Assembly (NCBI GenBank): GCA_003142375.1
Contig: PLME01000011.1
Span: 14,599-78,598, forward strand
Direction: 5' to 3'
Length of the DNA stretch: 64,000 nt
Source of the DNA: Dehalococcoidia bacterium
GTDB lineage: Bacteria; Chloroflexota; Dehalococcoidia; GIF9; UBA5629
Positions 29,050 through 39,252 of this stretch are shown here, piece by piece. Under the pieces are notes generated by a model. That model was not told the origin of the DNA and did not search any database. It saw only the letters and a list, made by a program, of their open reading frames with translations. The translations under genes and the position numbers were made by a program. How positions within the stretch are numbered: position 1 is the first letter of the stretch; each line of letters begins with the position of its first letter.

Positions 29050-29607
29050 CTAAAGGCTGACCCTGTATTTGGCCTTGCCTTCCTCGTAGAGGTCGCCCCC
29101 GTAGATATCGTTGATAACCGTAGCCGGAAAGTCCTTTACCTCCAGGCGCCGGATGGCTTCAGCTCCGAGATCGTCGTAGGCTATTACGTCCGCTTTGGTT
29201 ATAGTCTTGGATATGAGGGCGCCGGCACCGCCGATAGCGGCGAAATATACAGCCTTGTATTTTTTCATGGCATCTTTAACGGGTTGCTGGCGGTCGCCCT
29301 TGCCGATCATGCCTTTGAGTCCTTCGGCCATGAGACGGGGCGCATAAATGTCCATTCGGCCGCTGGTGGTCGGCCCTGCGGAGCCGATGGCATGTCCAGG
29401 CTTGGCGGGCGAAGGCCCCATATAATAGATAACCTGGTTTTTAAGGTCCAGTGGCAGCTTTTCACCCTTGTCCAGGGCTTCTACCAGGCGTTTATGGGCC
29501 GCATCTCTGGCGGTATAAATCACTCCCGTAATTAAAACCTGGTCGCCGGCCTTGAGCTTTTCTACCGTTTTTTCATCGAGGGGCGCCGATATTTTGATAG
29601 TTTCCAT
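29050..29607 (-). CDS. Class I fumarate hydratase, beta subunit (Fe-S hydro-lyase)
   Basis: TARDAAHKR, AGPTTSGRMD, LGAEAI. Confidence 0.9.
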   Translation of the reverse strand: METIKISAPLDEKTVEKLKAGDQVLITGVIYTARDAAHKRLVEALDKGEKLPLDLKNQVIYYMGPSPAKPGHAIGSAGPTTSGRMDIYAPRLMAEGLKGMIGKGDRQQPVKDAMKKYKAVYFAAIGGAGALISKTITKADVIAYDDLGAEAIRRLEVKDFPATVINDIYGGDLYEEGKAKYRVSL

Positions 29608-29631
29608 AGCAAAATCCTTTACATAAACAGT

Positions 29632-30459
29632 TTATTTTTGTTTGACTGTAAATTCGGGGACGTCAATTTTCGGCTTGGCCTGTGGTAAGGAAGTTGCCAG
29701 TAGGGCGGGAGCGGTTGTCTTTTTAACCCTCAGCGCTTTGGCCGCAACGCCTTTGCGAAGCAATTGTATGGCGAGGGCGGGGTCTACACCTTTAGGGCAG
29801 GCCTCTGAGCAGGCGGCTGCGAAATGACAGTTCCACACAGCATGGTCTTTCTCTACTATCTGGTACCTCTGGTCCTGACCTTCATCCCTGCTGTCGGCGC
29901 AGTAGCGGTAAGCCTGGCCGAGGGCTTGCGGGCCCAGGAAAGCTAGGTCGCTGGCTGAGGTAGGGCAGGCTGCGATACAAAGGCCGCATTTTATGCAATA
30001 AGTAAACTGCAGGAATTCATCCAGCTCGTGCGGTTTTTGTATATATCCGGCTGTGGGCTTTTCCATTTCCGCATTGTCGCCCCGGATGATATAAGGCTTA
30101 ACGGACTTATGATGTTCAAACAGGGTTTCCAGACGGGGGACCAGGTCTTTGATGATGGGCATATTCGGCAGCGGCTTGAGGGTCAGCCTGTCTGCATGGA
30201 ATTCCTCCAGCTGGGTGTGGCAGGCTAAATGGGGGTATTCATTTATCAGCATGCCGCAGGAACCGCAAACTCCCATGCGGCAGGAAGTACGAAATGCCAG
30301 GCTGCTGTCAAGGTTTTCCTTAATATATAAAAGGCCTTCCAGAACGGTTGTACCGCGCTTTACCGGCACTATGAATTCCTGGAAATGCGGTTTGCGGTCT
30401 TTTTCCGGGTCGAACCGCTGAACCCGGAAGGTTATTTTTTTAACAGCGTCACTGCTCAT
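29632..30459 (-). CDS. sdhB: Succinate dehydrogenase/fumarate reductase iron-sulfur subunit
   Basis: SCRMGVCGSC, CIKCGLCIAACP, CHFAAACSEACP. Confidence 0.92.
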   Translation of the reverse strand: MSSDAVKKITFRVQRFDPEKDRKPHFQEFIVPVKRGTTVLEGLLYIKENLDSSLAFRTSCRMGVCGSCGMLINEYPHLACHTQLEEFHADRLTLKPLPNMPIIKDLVPRLETLFEHHKSVKPYIIRGDNAEMEKPTAGYIQKPHELDEFLQFTYCIKCGLCIAACPTSASDLAFLGPQALGQAYRYCADSRDEGQDQRYQIVEKDHAVWNCHFAAACSEACPKGVDPALAIQLLRKGVAAKALRVKKTTAPALLATSLPQAKPKIDVPEFTVKQK

Positions 30460-30475
30460 GAATGCCTCCTTATAA

Positions 30476-30844
30476 TTATCTGTAACTGCTGAACAGGGCT
30501 ATCGGCGCGTAAGTGCCAAGGATAAGGAAAATAACGCCGAAGGCTATAATACATCCCGTTAAAATACGCATAGCCGACGCGGATAGATTTGTCTCCAGCA
30601 GTATGTTGCGGAACCCGTTTAAGGCGTGGAATAACCCGAATGCCAGCAGGGAAATATATATGCCTACCCACGAACCCTGGTGCGCTCTCTCCATCATAGA
30701 GCCCCAGGTTGTGGGACCGGCAACCTTGATTCCCAGTAAACCAAGAACGACATCCGATTGCTGCACTGTGATATGGATAGCAAGTAACACAGCCACCAGG
30801 GCGCCCGTGACCATTTGTGCCAGCTGTAGATAAGTATTCTTCAT
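30476..30844 (-). CDS. sdhD: Succinate dehydrogenase membrane anchor subunit (SdhD-like)
   Basis: Three TMs with heme-type His residues (AIH, FHALNG); ATGA overlap with the sdhC stop. Confidence 0.7.
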   Translation of the reverse strand: MKNTYLQLAQMVTGALVAVLLAIHITVQQSDVVLGLLGIKVAGPTTWGSMMERAHQGSWVGIYISLLAFGLFHALNGFRNILLETNLSASAMRILTGCIIAFGVIFLILGTYAPIALFSSYR

Positions 30845-31287
30845 CCCCAACCTCCGATTGAGAAGTCAATGAAGAAGGCCACAGCCAGGATCATAATGGC
30901 TGCCAGTGTGACCAGCGTCCAGGCCCGCTTTCTGCGGATGGCATCCGTAAATGGATAAATGGGCGGGACCGGTTTTCCAAGTGCAAACCCCAGTTCCTGA
31001 ATTATCAATCTCAGGCCATTAAGTGCATGATAGGAGAAAGCCGCAACAACCAGGAATTCACCTACCCTGAACAGGGGATTGTCCAAAAAGTCTATAGTGG
31101 AGGCCCAGACGGCCTGGCCCTGTACCCGAAAAATGGTAGTGGCCGTCAGGTGAAACAGGCCGAAAAGCAAGAGTCCCAGGCCGGTAATCCTGTGGAGCAG
31201 GTAGAGGTAACGTTCCAGCTTGTAGTTGCCGGCCCAGATCCACCCACGCATTCCTAAATAATTTTGATGAGGCCCTTTATCTGCCAT
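30841..31287 (-). CDS. sdhC: Succinate dehydrogenase cytochrome b subunit
   Basis: LHRITG and YHALNGLR motifs. Confidence 0.8.
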   Translation of the reverse strand: MADKGPHQNYLGMRGWIWAGNYKLERYLYLLHRITGLGLLLFGLFHLTATTIFRVQGQAVWASTIDFLDNPLFRVGEFLVVAAFSYHALNGLRLIIQELGFALGKPVPPIYPFTDAIRRKRAWTLVTLAAIMILAVAFFIDFSIGGWG

Positions 31288-31297
31288 ATATGACCTC

Positions 31298-33010
31298 CTA
31301 ATATTTCCTTTCCACCGGATTCCACATAGTGATGGTGACCGGCATATATTCCAGGCGTGGTCCGTCGGCTGTTCGATATGCCAATGTATGCTTCAGCCAG
31401 TTGGCATCATCGCGGGTCTTGAAATCACGCCGTGCATGCGCTCCCCGTGACTCCTGGCGGGCCAGCGCGCCTGATACGACGACTTCAGATAACTCAATGA
31501 GATTGTCCGTCTCAAGCGCATTTAGAAGGTCGGTGTTATATATGTGGCCGTGGTCCATAACCTTTACCAGCGGCAGCCTCTGTTTAATATCCCGTATAGT
31601 TTTCAATGCAGCCTCAAGCTCTGTGGCAGTCCTGAAAACGCCGGCCTTAGTATCCATAGTTTTGAGGAGCTCGTTCTTCAAGACGTAAGAGCTTTCAGCG
31701 CCGAAACTGGTGAAACGCTTGAAAATGCTGGCTTCTGCGTCATTGATGACAGATTCTGACGGTAAATCGGCGTAGGCCTTCTGTGCTTTAACATATTGGG
31801 CCGCTTTTTGCCCGGTGATCTTGCCCCAGACCAGGCATTCGGCGGTCGAGTTGGAACCCAGCCGGTTGGCGCCGTGAAGGGATACGCAGGCAGCCTCTCC
31901 GGCGGCCCAGATGCCCGTCACCGGCGTAGCGCCGTCAATATCGGTGTGGATACCGCCCATGGTGTAGTGGGCGGCCGGACGGACCGGGATAGGCGTAAAT
32001 ATCGGATCGATGAAGTCGAACCTCATGGCGACCTCACGAATCAAGGGCAGACGTTCGTTGATCTTGTCGGCCCCGAGATGGCGCAGATCGAGATGAACGT
32101 AGTCCAGCCCGCTTTCTTCTATATAGCCGCGGCCGTTTTCGATTTCGGTCATCTCAGCCCTGGAGATAATGTCCCGTGGGGCCAATTCCATTTTAGAAGC
32201 GGCATATTTCTCCATAAACCGCTCGCCCTGGCTGTTAAAAAGGTAACCGCCTTCGCCGCGCGCGGCCTCTGTAATAAGTATCCCTGATGGCACAAGTCCG
32301 GTGGGGTGAAACTGGATGAACTCCAGGTCCTTGAGAGGCAGTCCTGCCCGGTAGGCCATGGCCATGCCGTCGCCGGTAGCGGTCAGGGAATAGGTAGTGA
32401 ACCCGTACATACGGCAGGCGCCCCCTGTGGCGATGATAAGCGCCTTGCCCCTCAGGACGAAACACTCACCGCTGGTCAGGTTCCAGACGATAACCCCTCG
32501 GAAAACATTGTCTTTTATCAATATGGCATGCACGTAGCATTCGTCGTATCTAACGACATTGGCATGTTTTTGCAGCGTGTCGTAAAGGGTCTGCATTTCG
32601 AAGAAGCCGGTCTTATCGGCCGCAAAGGTAGCGCGGTCGAAGCTATGACCCCCGAAGGGCCGCTGATTGATGCGGCCATCGGGCCGGCGTGACCAGGGGA
32701 TGCCCCAGTGTTCCAGCAGATTGATCTCTCCCGGTATTTCTGTAACGAAGCGCATAGCGACATCCTGGTCGCAAAGGAAATCAGCGCCGCGCACGGTATC
32801 CCATGCGTGCAATTCGATGCTGTCACCATTTTCCGGCTGCATAACCGCCGCGGTTCCGCCCTCGGCACACACTGAATGCGCACGCATGAGCTGCACCTTG
32901 GATACGACAGCGATATCAGCCTCGGAGTTTTTGCGCGCGATCTCCACGGCCGCACGCAGCCCGGCCAGGCCGGCGCCCAGGACTATTACATCGTGCTGCT
33001 GCGTTATCAT
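31298..33010 (-). CDS. sdhA: Succinate dehydrogenase/fumarate reductase flavoprotein
   Basis: GAGLAG, RAHSVCAEGG (covalent FAD His), QFHPTG, HGANRLGSNS, ESRGAH. Confidence 0.95.
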   Translation of the reverse strand: MITQQHDVIVLGAGLAGLRAAVEIARKNSEADIAVVSKVQLMRAHSVCAEGGTAAVMQPENGDSIELHAWDTVRGADFLCDQDVAMRFVTEIPGEINLLEHWGIPWSRRPDGRINQRPFGGHSFDRATFAADKTGFFEMQTLYDTLQKHANVVRYDECYVHAILIKDNVFRGVIVWNLTSGECFVLRGKALIIATGGACRMYGFTTYSLTATGDGMAMAYRAGLPLKDLEFIQFHPTGLVPSGILITEAARGEGGYLFNSQGERFMEKYAASKMELAPRDIISRAEMTEIENGRGYIEESGLDYVHLDLRHLGADKINERLPLIREVAMRFDFIDPIFTPIPVRPAAHYTMGGIHTDIDGATPVTGIWAAGEAACVSLHGANRLGSNSTAECLVWGKITGQKAAQYVKAQKAYADLPSESVINDAEASIFKRFTSFGAESSYVLKNELLKTMDTKAGVFRTATELEAALKTIRDIKQRLPLVKVMDHGHIYNTDLLNALETDNLIELSEVVVSGALARQESRGAHARRDFKTRDDANWLKHTLAYRTADGPRLEYMPVTITMWNPVERKY

Positions 33011-33852
33011 AACACCGCCTCTTTATGACGGGCGGCATGACATTGCAAATTCACTGCCAAAGGCATGCTGGCAATGTGCGCCGGAAAGGTCTCAACATTT
33101 ACAGCCAAGGCCGTTACCGTGCCGCCGTATCCCTGGGGTCCTATCCCCAGAGCGTTAATCCGTACGAACAGGTCTTTTTCCAAATCGGCAACTTCGGGAT
33201 CTGCATTATGCGCTCCAACTTTACGCAGAAGTGACTTCTTGGCCAGCTCCATAGACTTCTCAGACGTCCCTCCAATGCCCACACCCACGATGATAGGCGG
33301 GCAGGGGTTACTGCCTGCTTCTTCAACCGCCGTAACTACAGAATCTACAATACCCTGGCGCCCTTTGGACGGCGTCAGCATGAAAAGGCGGCTCATGTTT
33401 TCGCTGCCTCCGCCCTTGGGAACTATGATAATCTTCAATTTATCGCCCGCCACAATATCGGTGTGGATGATGGCCGGTGTGTTGTCTTTAGTATTGACAC
33501 GGGAGGAGAAGGGCTGCTTTACCATGGACTTACGCAGGTAACCTGCCTGATAGCCCATCCGTACCCCTTCGTTTACAGCATCGTAAAGGCTGCCGCCTGT
33601 AATATGGACATCCTGGCCCACTTCCAGATAGACAACTGTGGCCCCGCAATCCTGGCAAATAGCCATCTGTTCGGCTTTAGCCATGCGCGCGTTTTCAATG
33701 AGTTGTTCGAGGGTTTGTTTACCAATGGGGGATTGTTCGCTTGCCAGGGCCTGTCGTAGGGCATCAAGGACATCTTCCGGAAGAGAAAAATTTGCTTCCT
33801 GGCATAGCCGGGATACTGAGTCAGTGACTTCTTTAACGCTGATTTCTCTCAA
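33007..33852 (-). CDS. Class I fumarate hydratase, alpha subunit
   Basis: ICQDCG, KGGGSEN, NPCPP, QCHAARH. Confidence 0.9.
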   Translation of the reverse strand: MREISVKEVTDSVSRLCQEANFSLPEDVLDALRQALASEQSPIGKQTLEQLIENARMAKAEQMAICQDCGATVVYLEVGQDVHITGGSLYDAVNEGVRMGYQAGYLRKSMVKQPFSSRVNTKDNTPAIIHTDIVAGDKLKIIIVPKGGGSENMSRLFMLTPSKGRQGIVDSVVTAVEEAGSNPCPPIIVGVGIGGTSEKSMELAKKSLLRKVGAHNADPEVADLEKDLFVRINALGIGPQGYGGTVTALAVNVETFPAHIASMPLAVNLQCHAARHKEAVL

Positions 33853-33890
33853 TTTAATTATCCTTTTCCCTTGAGATTTATGACGGGCAA

Positions 33891-35246
33891 TTAATCTTTG
33901 GGCGCCGGCGGAATAAAGCCCTCTTTCATCAGCAAGGCTGTCGACTCCCTGGCATTCTTAATCATGGCCTCTGCCTGTTTGGTCAATTCTTCCCTCGTAG
34001 CCTTAATTCGTGCAACGCCCTGTTCCTGTGCCTTCATGCCGACGGCCACCGCTTCCCTTATGAACACTTCCCATTCTCCCATAGTCGGGGCAATGCTGTC
34101 TTCACTGATGCCCCTATCCTCGGCACATTGGGCCAATTCATGGGCTGCAGCCAGGCACATCTCATCGGTGATGGTCTTGGCCCTGACATCCAGCGTGCCG
34201 CGGAAGATGGCCGGGAAGCCGATAGAGTTGTTCACCTGGTTGGGGAAGTCCGACCTGCCCGTAGCAACAATCCTGGCCCCCGCTTCCTTGGCATCCCATG
34301 GCCAGATCTCAGGGATAGGGTTGGCACAGACAAACACAATAGAATTCTTGGCCATGCCCTTTATCCACTCAGGTAGAATTACGCCGGGGCCGGATTTAGC
34401 CAGTGAAATGCAAACGTCCGCGCCTTTTAACGCCTCCGCGATCCCGCCGGTCCTGTGTTCGGGGTTGGTGGTCTGGCAGAGCGCCCACTTGTAGGGGTTC
34501 TCTTTCTGCTGTTGCTCGAGGTCTTTTCTGCCCGGATGAAGTGTGGATTTGCTGTCCACCACAATGGTATTGGCAGGCTTCAAGCCATCGGCAAACAGCA
34601 ACCTGAGGATGGCAATGTTGGCAGCGCCGCTGCCTATGACCGCCATAGTAGCATTCTCTTTTTTCTTACCCACGATTTTCAGGGCGTTGATGAGGCCGGC
34701 CAGGGTAACGGCTGCGGTGCCCTGCTGGTCATCGTGCCATACGGGGATGCGGGCTTCGGCGCGCAACTTATCAAGTATGTAGAAACATTTGGGGCTGGAG
34801 ATATCTTCGAGGTTAATTCCTCCGAACGACGGCTGAAGCAGCTTAACCGTCCGTATAATCTCGTCAGGGTCTTTGGTATCCAGGCAAATAGGAACGGCAT
34901 CTACACCGCCAAGGTATTTAAATAGAAGCGCCTTGCCTTCCATCACGGGCATTCCGGCTTCGGGGCCTATATCGCCCAGGCCCAGTACACGGGTGCCGTC
35001 GCTGACTACCGCGATGGTGTTCCATTTATTGGTGTAGTCATAGGCTTTATCCCGGTCCGCCTGTATAGCCCTGCAGGGCTCTGCGACGCCCGGTGTATAC
35101 CATATGGCAAAGTCGTTGAAATCGCGAACAATGCACCTGGGCATAGTTTGCATCTTCCCTTTGTAATACTTATGCAGCTTGTTTGCGACCTCGGCCGGTT
35201 TACGCGCCTTGGCCAGCAATTCTTCTACGGTAGGTTTCTCTGACAT
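33891..35246 (-). CDS. NAD(P)-dependent malic enzyme
   Basis: [40 protein letters not shown]. Confidence 0.92.
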   Translation of the reverse strand: MSEKPTVEELLAKARKPAEVANKLHKYYKGKMQTMPRCIVRDFNDFAIWYTPGVAEPCRAIQADRDKAYDYTNKWNTIAVVSDGTRVLGLGDIGPEAGMPVMEGKALLFKYLGGVDAVPICLDTKDPDEIIRTVKLLQPSFGGINLEDISSPKCFYILDKLRAEARIPVWHDDQQGTAAVTLAGLINALKIVGKKKENATMAVIGSGAANIAILRLLFADGLKPANTIVVDSKSTLHPGRKDLEQQQKENPYKWALCQTTNPEHRTGGIAEALKGADVCISLAKSGPGVILPEWIKGMAKNSIVFVCANPIPEIWPWDAKEAGARIVATGRSDFPNQVNNSIGFPAIFRGTLDVRAKTITDEMCLAAAHELAQCAEDRGISEDSIAPTMGEWEVFIREAVAVGMKAQEQGVARIKATREELTKQAEAMIKNARESTALLMKEGFIPPAPKD

Positions 35247-35432
35247 GATTTATCCTCCATTAGCGGTTATACTGGCAAATACTGGGGAAAATGCAAAAAA
35301 TATTATGCTCCTGTAATCCTTGTAAATCAATAGCTCGTATTTGCTCCACAAAGGAATGACCTTTATGGATTATGTCCAACGATACTAATTCGGTCGATTG
35401 ACCTAAAACAGGACTAAATTTACCACCGATTA

Positions 35433-36122
35433 TTATTGCTTGTCAACATTTCGGCGTTTTGTTTTAGCCGGCGAACTCCTTTTAGGTAAAGCTATAGAGC
35501 CTGTAGAATGGACGATGCCAAGGGCGGCATCCTGGCACCTCTGAATATAGTCCTCAAGGGTATAGCGTTTTCGCAGGTGCCAGCGCTTCAAAGCCCACAT
35601 ATGTTCCAGCATGACTATATAATAAGCCGCCAGCTCAGGGTCCTTGATTTTAAATTCTCCTTTTTTTCGCCCGGCCTCGATTATATTCCTCAACAGGTCA
35701 TTGGCTTCATATTCCAGCTTTATTAATTGTTTGAGGTGACGCCGGCTCATGTTCCTGGATTCACGGTACCAGAACAATAAAGTATCCTGGATGGTATCCA
35801 GAGTCACTAGCGCCTCCCTGATCCTCATGGTCAGGGCTTCGCTGTAGGAGATGAAGGGCATCTGGTCGCGTATTTCCTGATCATATTCTTTCATTTTATC
35901 CGTCGTCATCTGCACGAATAAGTCGAAAAAGTCGTCCTTCGACTTTATATAATAGTAAAGATTCCCCTGGCTTATACCGCAGACCTCTGCGATCTGTCGC
36001 GTAGTAGTTTGCCGGTAGCCGTTTTTGAAAAAAAGCTCTGAGGCCGTTTTCACGATCTGCTTCAATCTTTTGTCTTTGCGTTTCAGTTTGTCAGGCTGTC
36101 CGCCTTTGGTTTTAGCTTTCAA
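35433..36122 (-). CDS. TetR/AcrR-family regulator (paralog of the 3506 TetR)
   Basis: HTH GYRQTTTRQIAEVCGISQGNLYYYIKSK; shared C-terminal W..L.K.YTLE.Y motif. Confidence 0.88.
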   Translation of the reverse strand: MKAKTKGGQPDKLKRKDKRLKQIVKTASELFFKNGYRQTTTRQIAEVCGISQGNLYYYIKSKDDFFDLFVQMTTDKMKEYDQEIRDQMPFISYSEALTMRIREALVTLDTIQDTLLFWYRESRNMSRRHLKQLIKLEYEANDLLRNIIEAGRKKGEFKIKDPELAAYYIVMLEHMWALKRWHLRKRYTLEDYIQRCQDAALGIVHSTGSIALPKRSSPAKTKRRNVDKQ

Positions 36123-36154
36123 CTCAATACCCCACCATTTTTATTTGTTGACTG

Positions 36155-37696
36155 CTATTTGGCGATTTTAAAAACGGTATGCCGCTCCCATGCCGGCGAC
36201 GGTTGCGAAAAATCGGTGCGGAAGTGTGCGCCCCGGCTTTCCTCCCGCATAAGGGCCGCTTCTGTCACCAATCTGGCGTTCAGAATCATGGCGTTTAACT
36301 CATAAGAAGCCCGGTCCGCCGGTTGAGGCAGCACCTTTTGCCAGGCGGCAAGTGTACTGGCGGCTCGGTTGAGTCCTTCACCTGATCTCACTATGCCGAC
36401 CTCATCCCATAGTAGAGATTGAAGATTGGCGAGGTTCAGCAAGGGGATATCGCCTTGAGCCGGCTGCTGGCTCAAGCGGTGGCAATCGGCTTCAGCCGTA
36501 TTGGGCACTGCCCGATTGGACTGCATCTGTGATTTTTCGATAATTCTTTTGCTGAAGACGACCACTTCCAGCAGAGAATTTGACGCCAGCCTGTTCGCGC
36601 CGTGTACCCCTGTGCAGGCTGTCTCTCCCGCAGCAAAAAGGCCGCCGATATTGGTCTCGCCCCATGTGTTAACCTTGACGCCTCCCATCAAGTAGTGGGC
36701 GGCGGGCGCCACCGGAATCAGGCCTTTGGTAATATCCAGTCCGTGGTCCAGGCAGTAGCGGTAAATGTGGGGGAACCTTGTGGTAACTTTGATGGCAGGG
36801 ATGTGTGTGACATCCAGGAAAACCCTGTCGCTGCCCGTCTTTCTCATTTCGGAAACGATGCTTCGGGCTACAATATCCCTGGGCGCCAGCTCTCCCTCAG
36901 CTACGTAGTCAGGCATAAACCGGTAGCCATCCACATTCCTGAGAATACCGCCCTCGCCTCTGACTGCCTCCGTGATCAGGAAGGGCCAGACACCTGGAAG
37001 GCGCAGGGCCGTGGGATGGAATTGGTAGAATTCCATATCGGTAATTTCGGCACCGGCCTGGTAAGCCAGTGATATGCCGTCGCCGGTGGCGGTATCGGAA
37101 TTGGTGGTGTATTTATATAGTCGGCCTGCACCGCCGCTAGCCAGGATGATGAAACGGCACCCGTATTCTTCGCTCAATCCGCTGCGGAAATCGGTGGCTT
37201 TTATACCCGCGACGCAGCCGTTATCAACCACTATTTCTGTGGCCAGGCAGTATTCGAGAACGGTTATGCCGGAGATTAAAACCTGTTCGCTTAAGGTGGA
37301 CTCGATATACTCCCCCGTAGCGTCGCCTCCAGCGTGCACAATACGCGGCACGCAATGGGCGGCTTCCCTGGTTAAAGCAATCTCACCGTCCAAAGTATCG
37401 AAGGGGACGCCGTATCTGATCAGGTCGGATATGCGGTCGGGAGCCTCATTGACCAGGATTTTCACCGCCTCTGAATTACACAGCCCGGCCCCGGCCTTAA
37501 TAGTATCGTTATAATGCAGTTCGGGCGAATCATTTTTACCCAAAGCTGCAGCGATACCCCCTTGAGCATACCTGGTATTACACTCCTCTATCCCCCCTTT
37601 AGTAATGATAAGTACGCTGCCATAGTCCTTGGCCAGCAGGGCACTGTAAAGGCCGGCGATTCCGCTGCCGACAATTATATAGTCATAATGTTTCAT
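36155..37696 (-). CDS. nadB: L-aspartate oxidase
   Basis: GSGIAG, YAQGGIAA, HAGGDATG, QFHPT, HGANRLASNSLLE. Confidence 0.93.
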   Translation of the reverse strand: MKHYDYIIVGSGIAGLYSALLAKDYGSVLIITKGGIEECNTRYAQGGIAAALGKNDSPELHYNDTIKAGAGLCNSEAVKILVNEAPDRISDLIRYGVPFDTLDGEIALTREAAHCVPRIVHAGGDATGEYIESTLSEQVLISGITVLEYCLATEIVVDNGCVAGIKATDFRSGLSEEYGCRFIILASGGAGRLYKYTTNSDTATGDGISLAYQAGAEITDMEFYQFHPTALRLPGVWPFLITEAVRGEGGILRNVDGYRFMPDYVAEGELAPRDIVARSIVSEMRKTGSDRVFLDVTHIPAIKVTTRFPHIYRYCLDHGLDITKGLIPVAPAAHYLMGGVKVNTWGETNIGGLFAAGETACTGVHGANRLASNSLLEVVVFSKRIIEKSQMQSNRAVPNTAEADCHRLSQQPAQGDIPLLNLANLQSLLWDEVGIVRSGEGLNRAASTLAAWQKVLPQPADRASYELNAMILNARLVTEAALMREESRGAHFRTDFSQPSPAWERHTVFKIAK

Positions 37697-37841
37697 GCTC
37701 TTATCAGTTCTTGATGTGCGATGCTTTAGTATGACAGCCCGTCGACTGAATAGAAAATATATTGACTCGCTAATGCCATTTTAACATGGCAATCCGCATA
37801 CTGACCAATTTATTGATTAGTGGACAGGGAAGTAATCTGAT

Positions 37842-37877
37842 AAAAAATTCCCGCGGCAGCCGACATACCGCGGGAAT
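37842..37877 (-). terminator. Intrinsic terminator after the thiolase
   Basis: ATTCCCGCGG...CCGCGGGAAT stem followed by a T-run on the minus strand. Confidence 0.65.
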
Positions 37878-37906
37878 ATCCATATTCTGTCTTGCAGAAT
37901 GGTTCG

Positions 37907-39148
37907 CTAAACTTTCTCTACGATTGCGCAGACGCCCATACCGCCTCCGCCGCAGATCGCGATCAGACCGGTTTTGGCATCCCGCCTTTTCATTTCGTGA
38001 GTCAGGGTAGTCATAATGCGTGCGCCGGTTGCGCCGAGCGGGTGTCCCAGCGATACGCACGAGCCGTTGACGTTTATCCTGTCATGGTCTTTCTCTGTTA
38101 AACCAAGTTCCTTCATATTGGCCAGTATCTGAGCGCTGAATGCCTCATGTATCTCAATAAGGTCTATCTGGTTGATCGTCAGGCCGGCTTTTTTCAAGGC
38201 CAGTTCGACGGCCAGGCTGGCGGATTTATAGGCTGCTCGGGGATCGGCGCCGCTGTAGGCGAAGGCTTTGACGGCAGCCAACGGCTTCAACTTCAGGCTC
38301 TTGGCTTTCTCCTCAGTCATCAGGACACAGGCTGCGGAGCCGTCATTTTCGCCCGAGGAGTTGGCGGCAGTGCACACACCACCCTGCACAGGCCTGAGTT
38401 TGGCCAGCGTTTCCATGCTGGTATCCTTGCGCGGGCGCTCGTCAACGCTGAATAAAACCGGTTCGCCTTTGCCCTGCGGAACGGGTACCGGAACGATTTC
38501 CTCTTTGAATTTTCCGCTCTCCTGGGCGCTGCAGGCACGCTGATTGCTGATGAGTGCCCACCTGTCCACTTCTTCCCGGGTGATGCCGTGTTCCTTGGCG
38601 GCGGTTTCGGCCCAGGTCATCATCGACTGTAGTATGCCGAACCTGTCTTCAGGCTGCGACATCACCCTGCCCCTTTGCACCCTATCGTACATCGGGATTG
38701 ACCAGGTGGACATACTGCCATGTCCTTTAGGCATATCGCCGGTGCCGCCCAGAGACCATCTGATATCACCCTTCAAATAGAACTCTGCAGTGCTCATGCT
38801 CTCCACTCCGCCCGCTACCATGATGTCCATATTCCCTGTCTGAATCATCATGGTGGCTATGGTGATGGCGTCCAGACCGCCGGGGCAGCGTCTGTCGTGG
38901 GTAAACCCCACCACTTCCACCGGCCATCCCGCTTTGAGCAATGACATGCGGGCGATATTAACATATTCTCCGCTCTGGTAATTCTGTGCCAGTATCACTG
39001 CACCAATCGACTTCGGTTCAAGGTTGGACCTTTTCACCACTTCGTTAAGTATGTGTGCTGCCAAATCGTAGGCCGGCACGGTCTTTAAGGCGCCTCCGAA
39101 ATTGCCTATGGCTGAACGTGCAGCACTGGTTATGACTACTTTGCTCAT
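37907..39148 (-). CDS. Acetyl-CoA C-acyltransferase (thiolase)
   Basis: RRCPGG active Cys, HEAF, GHPLGATG, CGGGG; start at MSKVV after GGAGG. Confidence 0.9.
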   Translation of the reverse strand: MSKVVITSAARSAIGNFGGALKTVPAYDLAAHILNEVVKRSNLEPKSIGAVILAQNYQSGEYVNIARMSLLKAGWPVEVVGFTHDRRCPGGLDAITIATMMIQTGNMDIMVAGGVESMSTAEFYLKGDIRWSLGGTGDMPKGHGSMSTWSIPMYDRVQRGRVMSQPEDRFGILQSMMTWAETAAKEHGITREEVDRWALISNQRACSAQESGKFKEEIVPVPVPQGKGEPVLFSVDERPRKDTSMETLAKLRPVQGGVCTAANSSGENDGSAACVLMTEEKAKSLKLKPLAAVKAFAYSGADPRAAYKSASLAVELALKKAGLTINQIDLIEIHEAFSAQILANMKELGLTEKDHDRINVNGSCVSLGHPLGATGARIMTTLTHEMKRRDAKTGLIAICGGGGMGVCAIVEKV

Positions 39149-39252
39149 CGTTGTCCTCCCATTTTCCAAATTATTGTTTTAAAAATCATTTTTCAAGGAT
39201 TATAGCACGCCGGTAAATACACAAAGTCCATTGATTAGATCGTGAACTAAAG

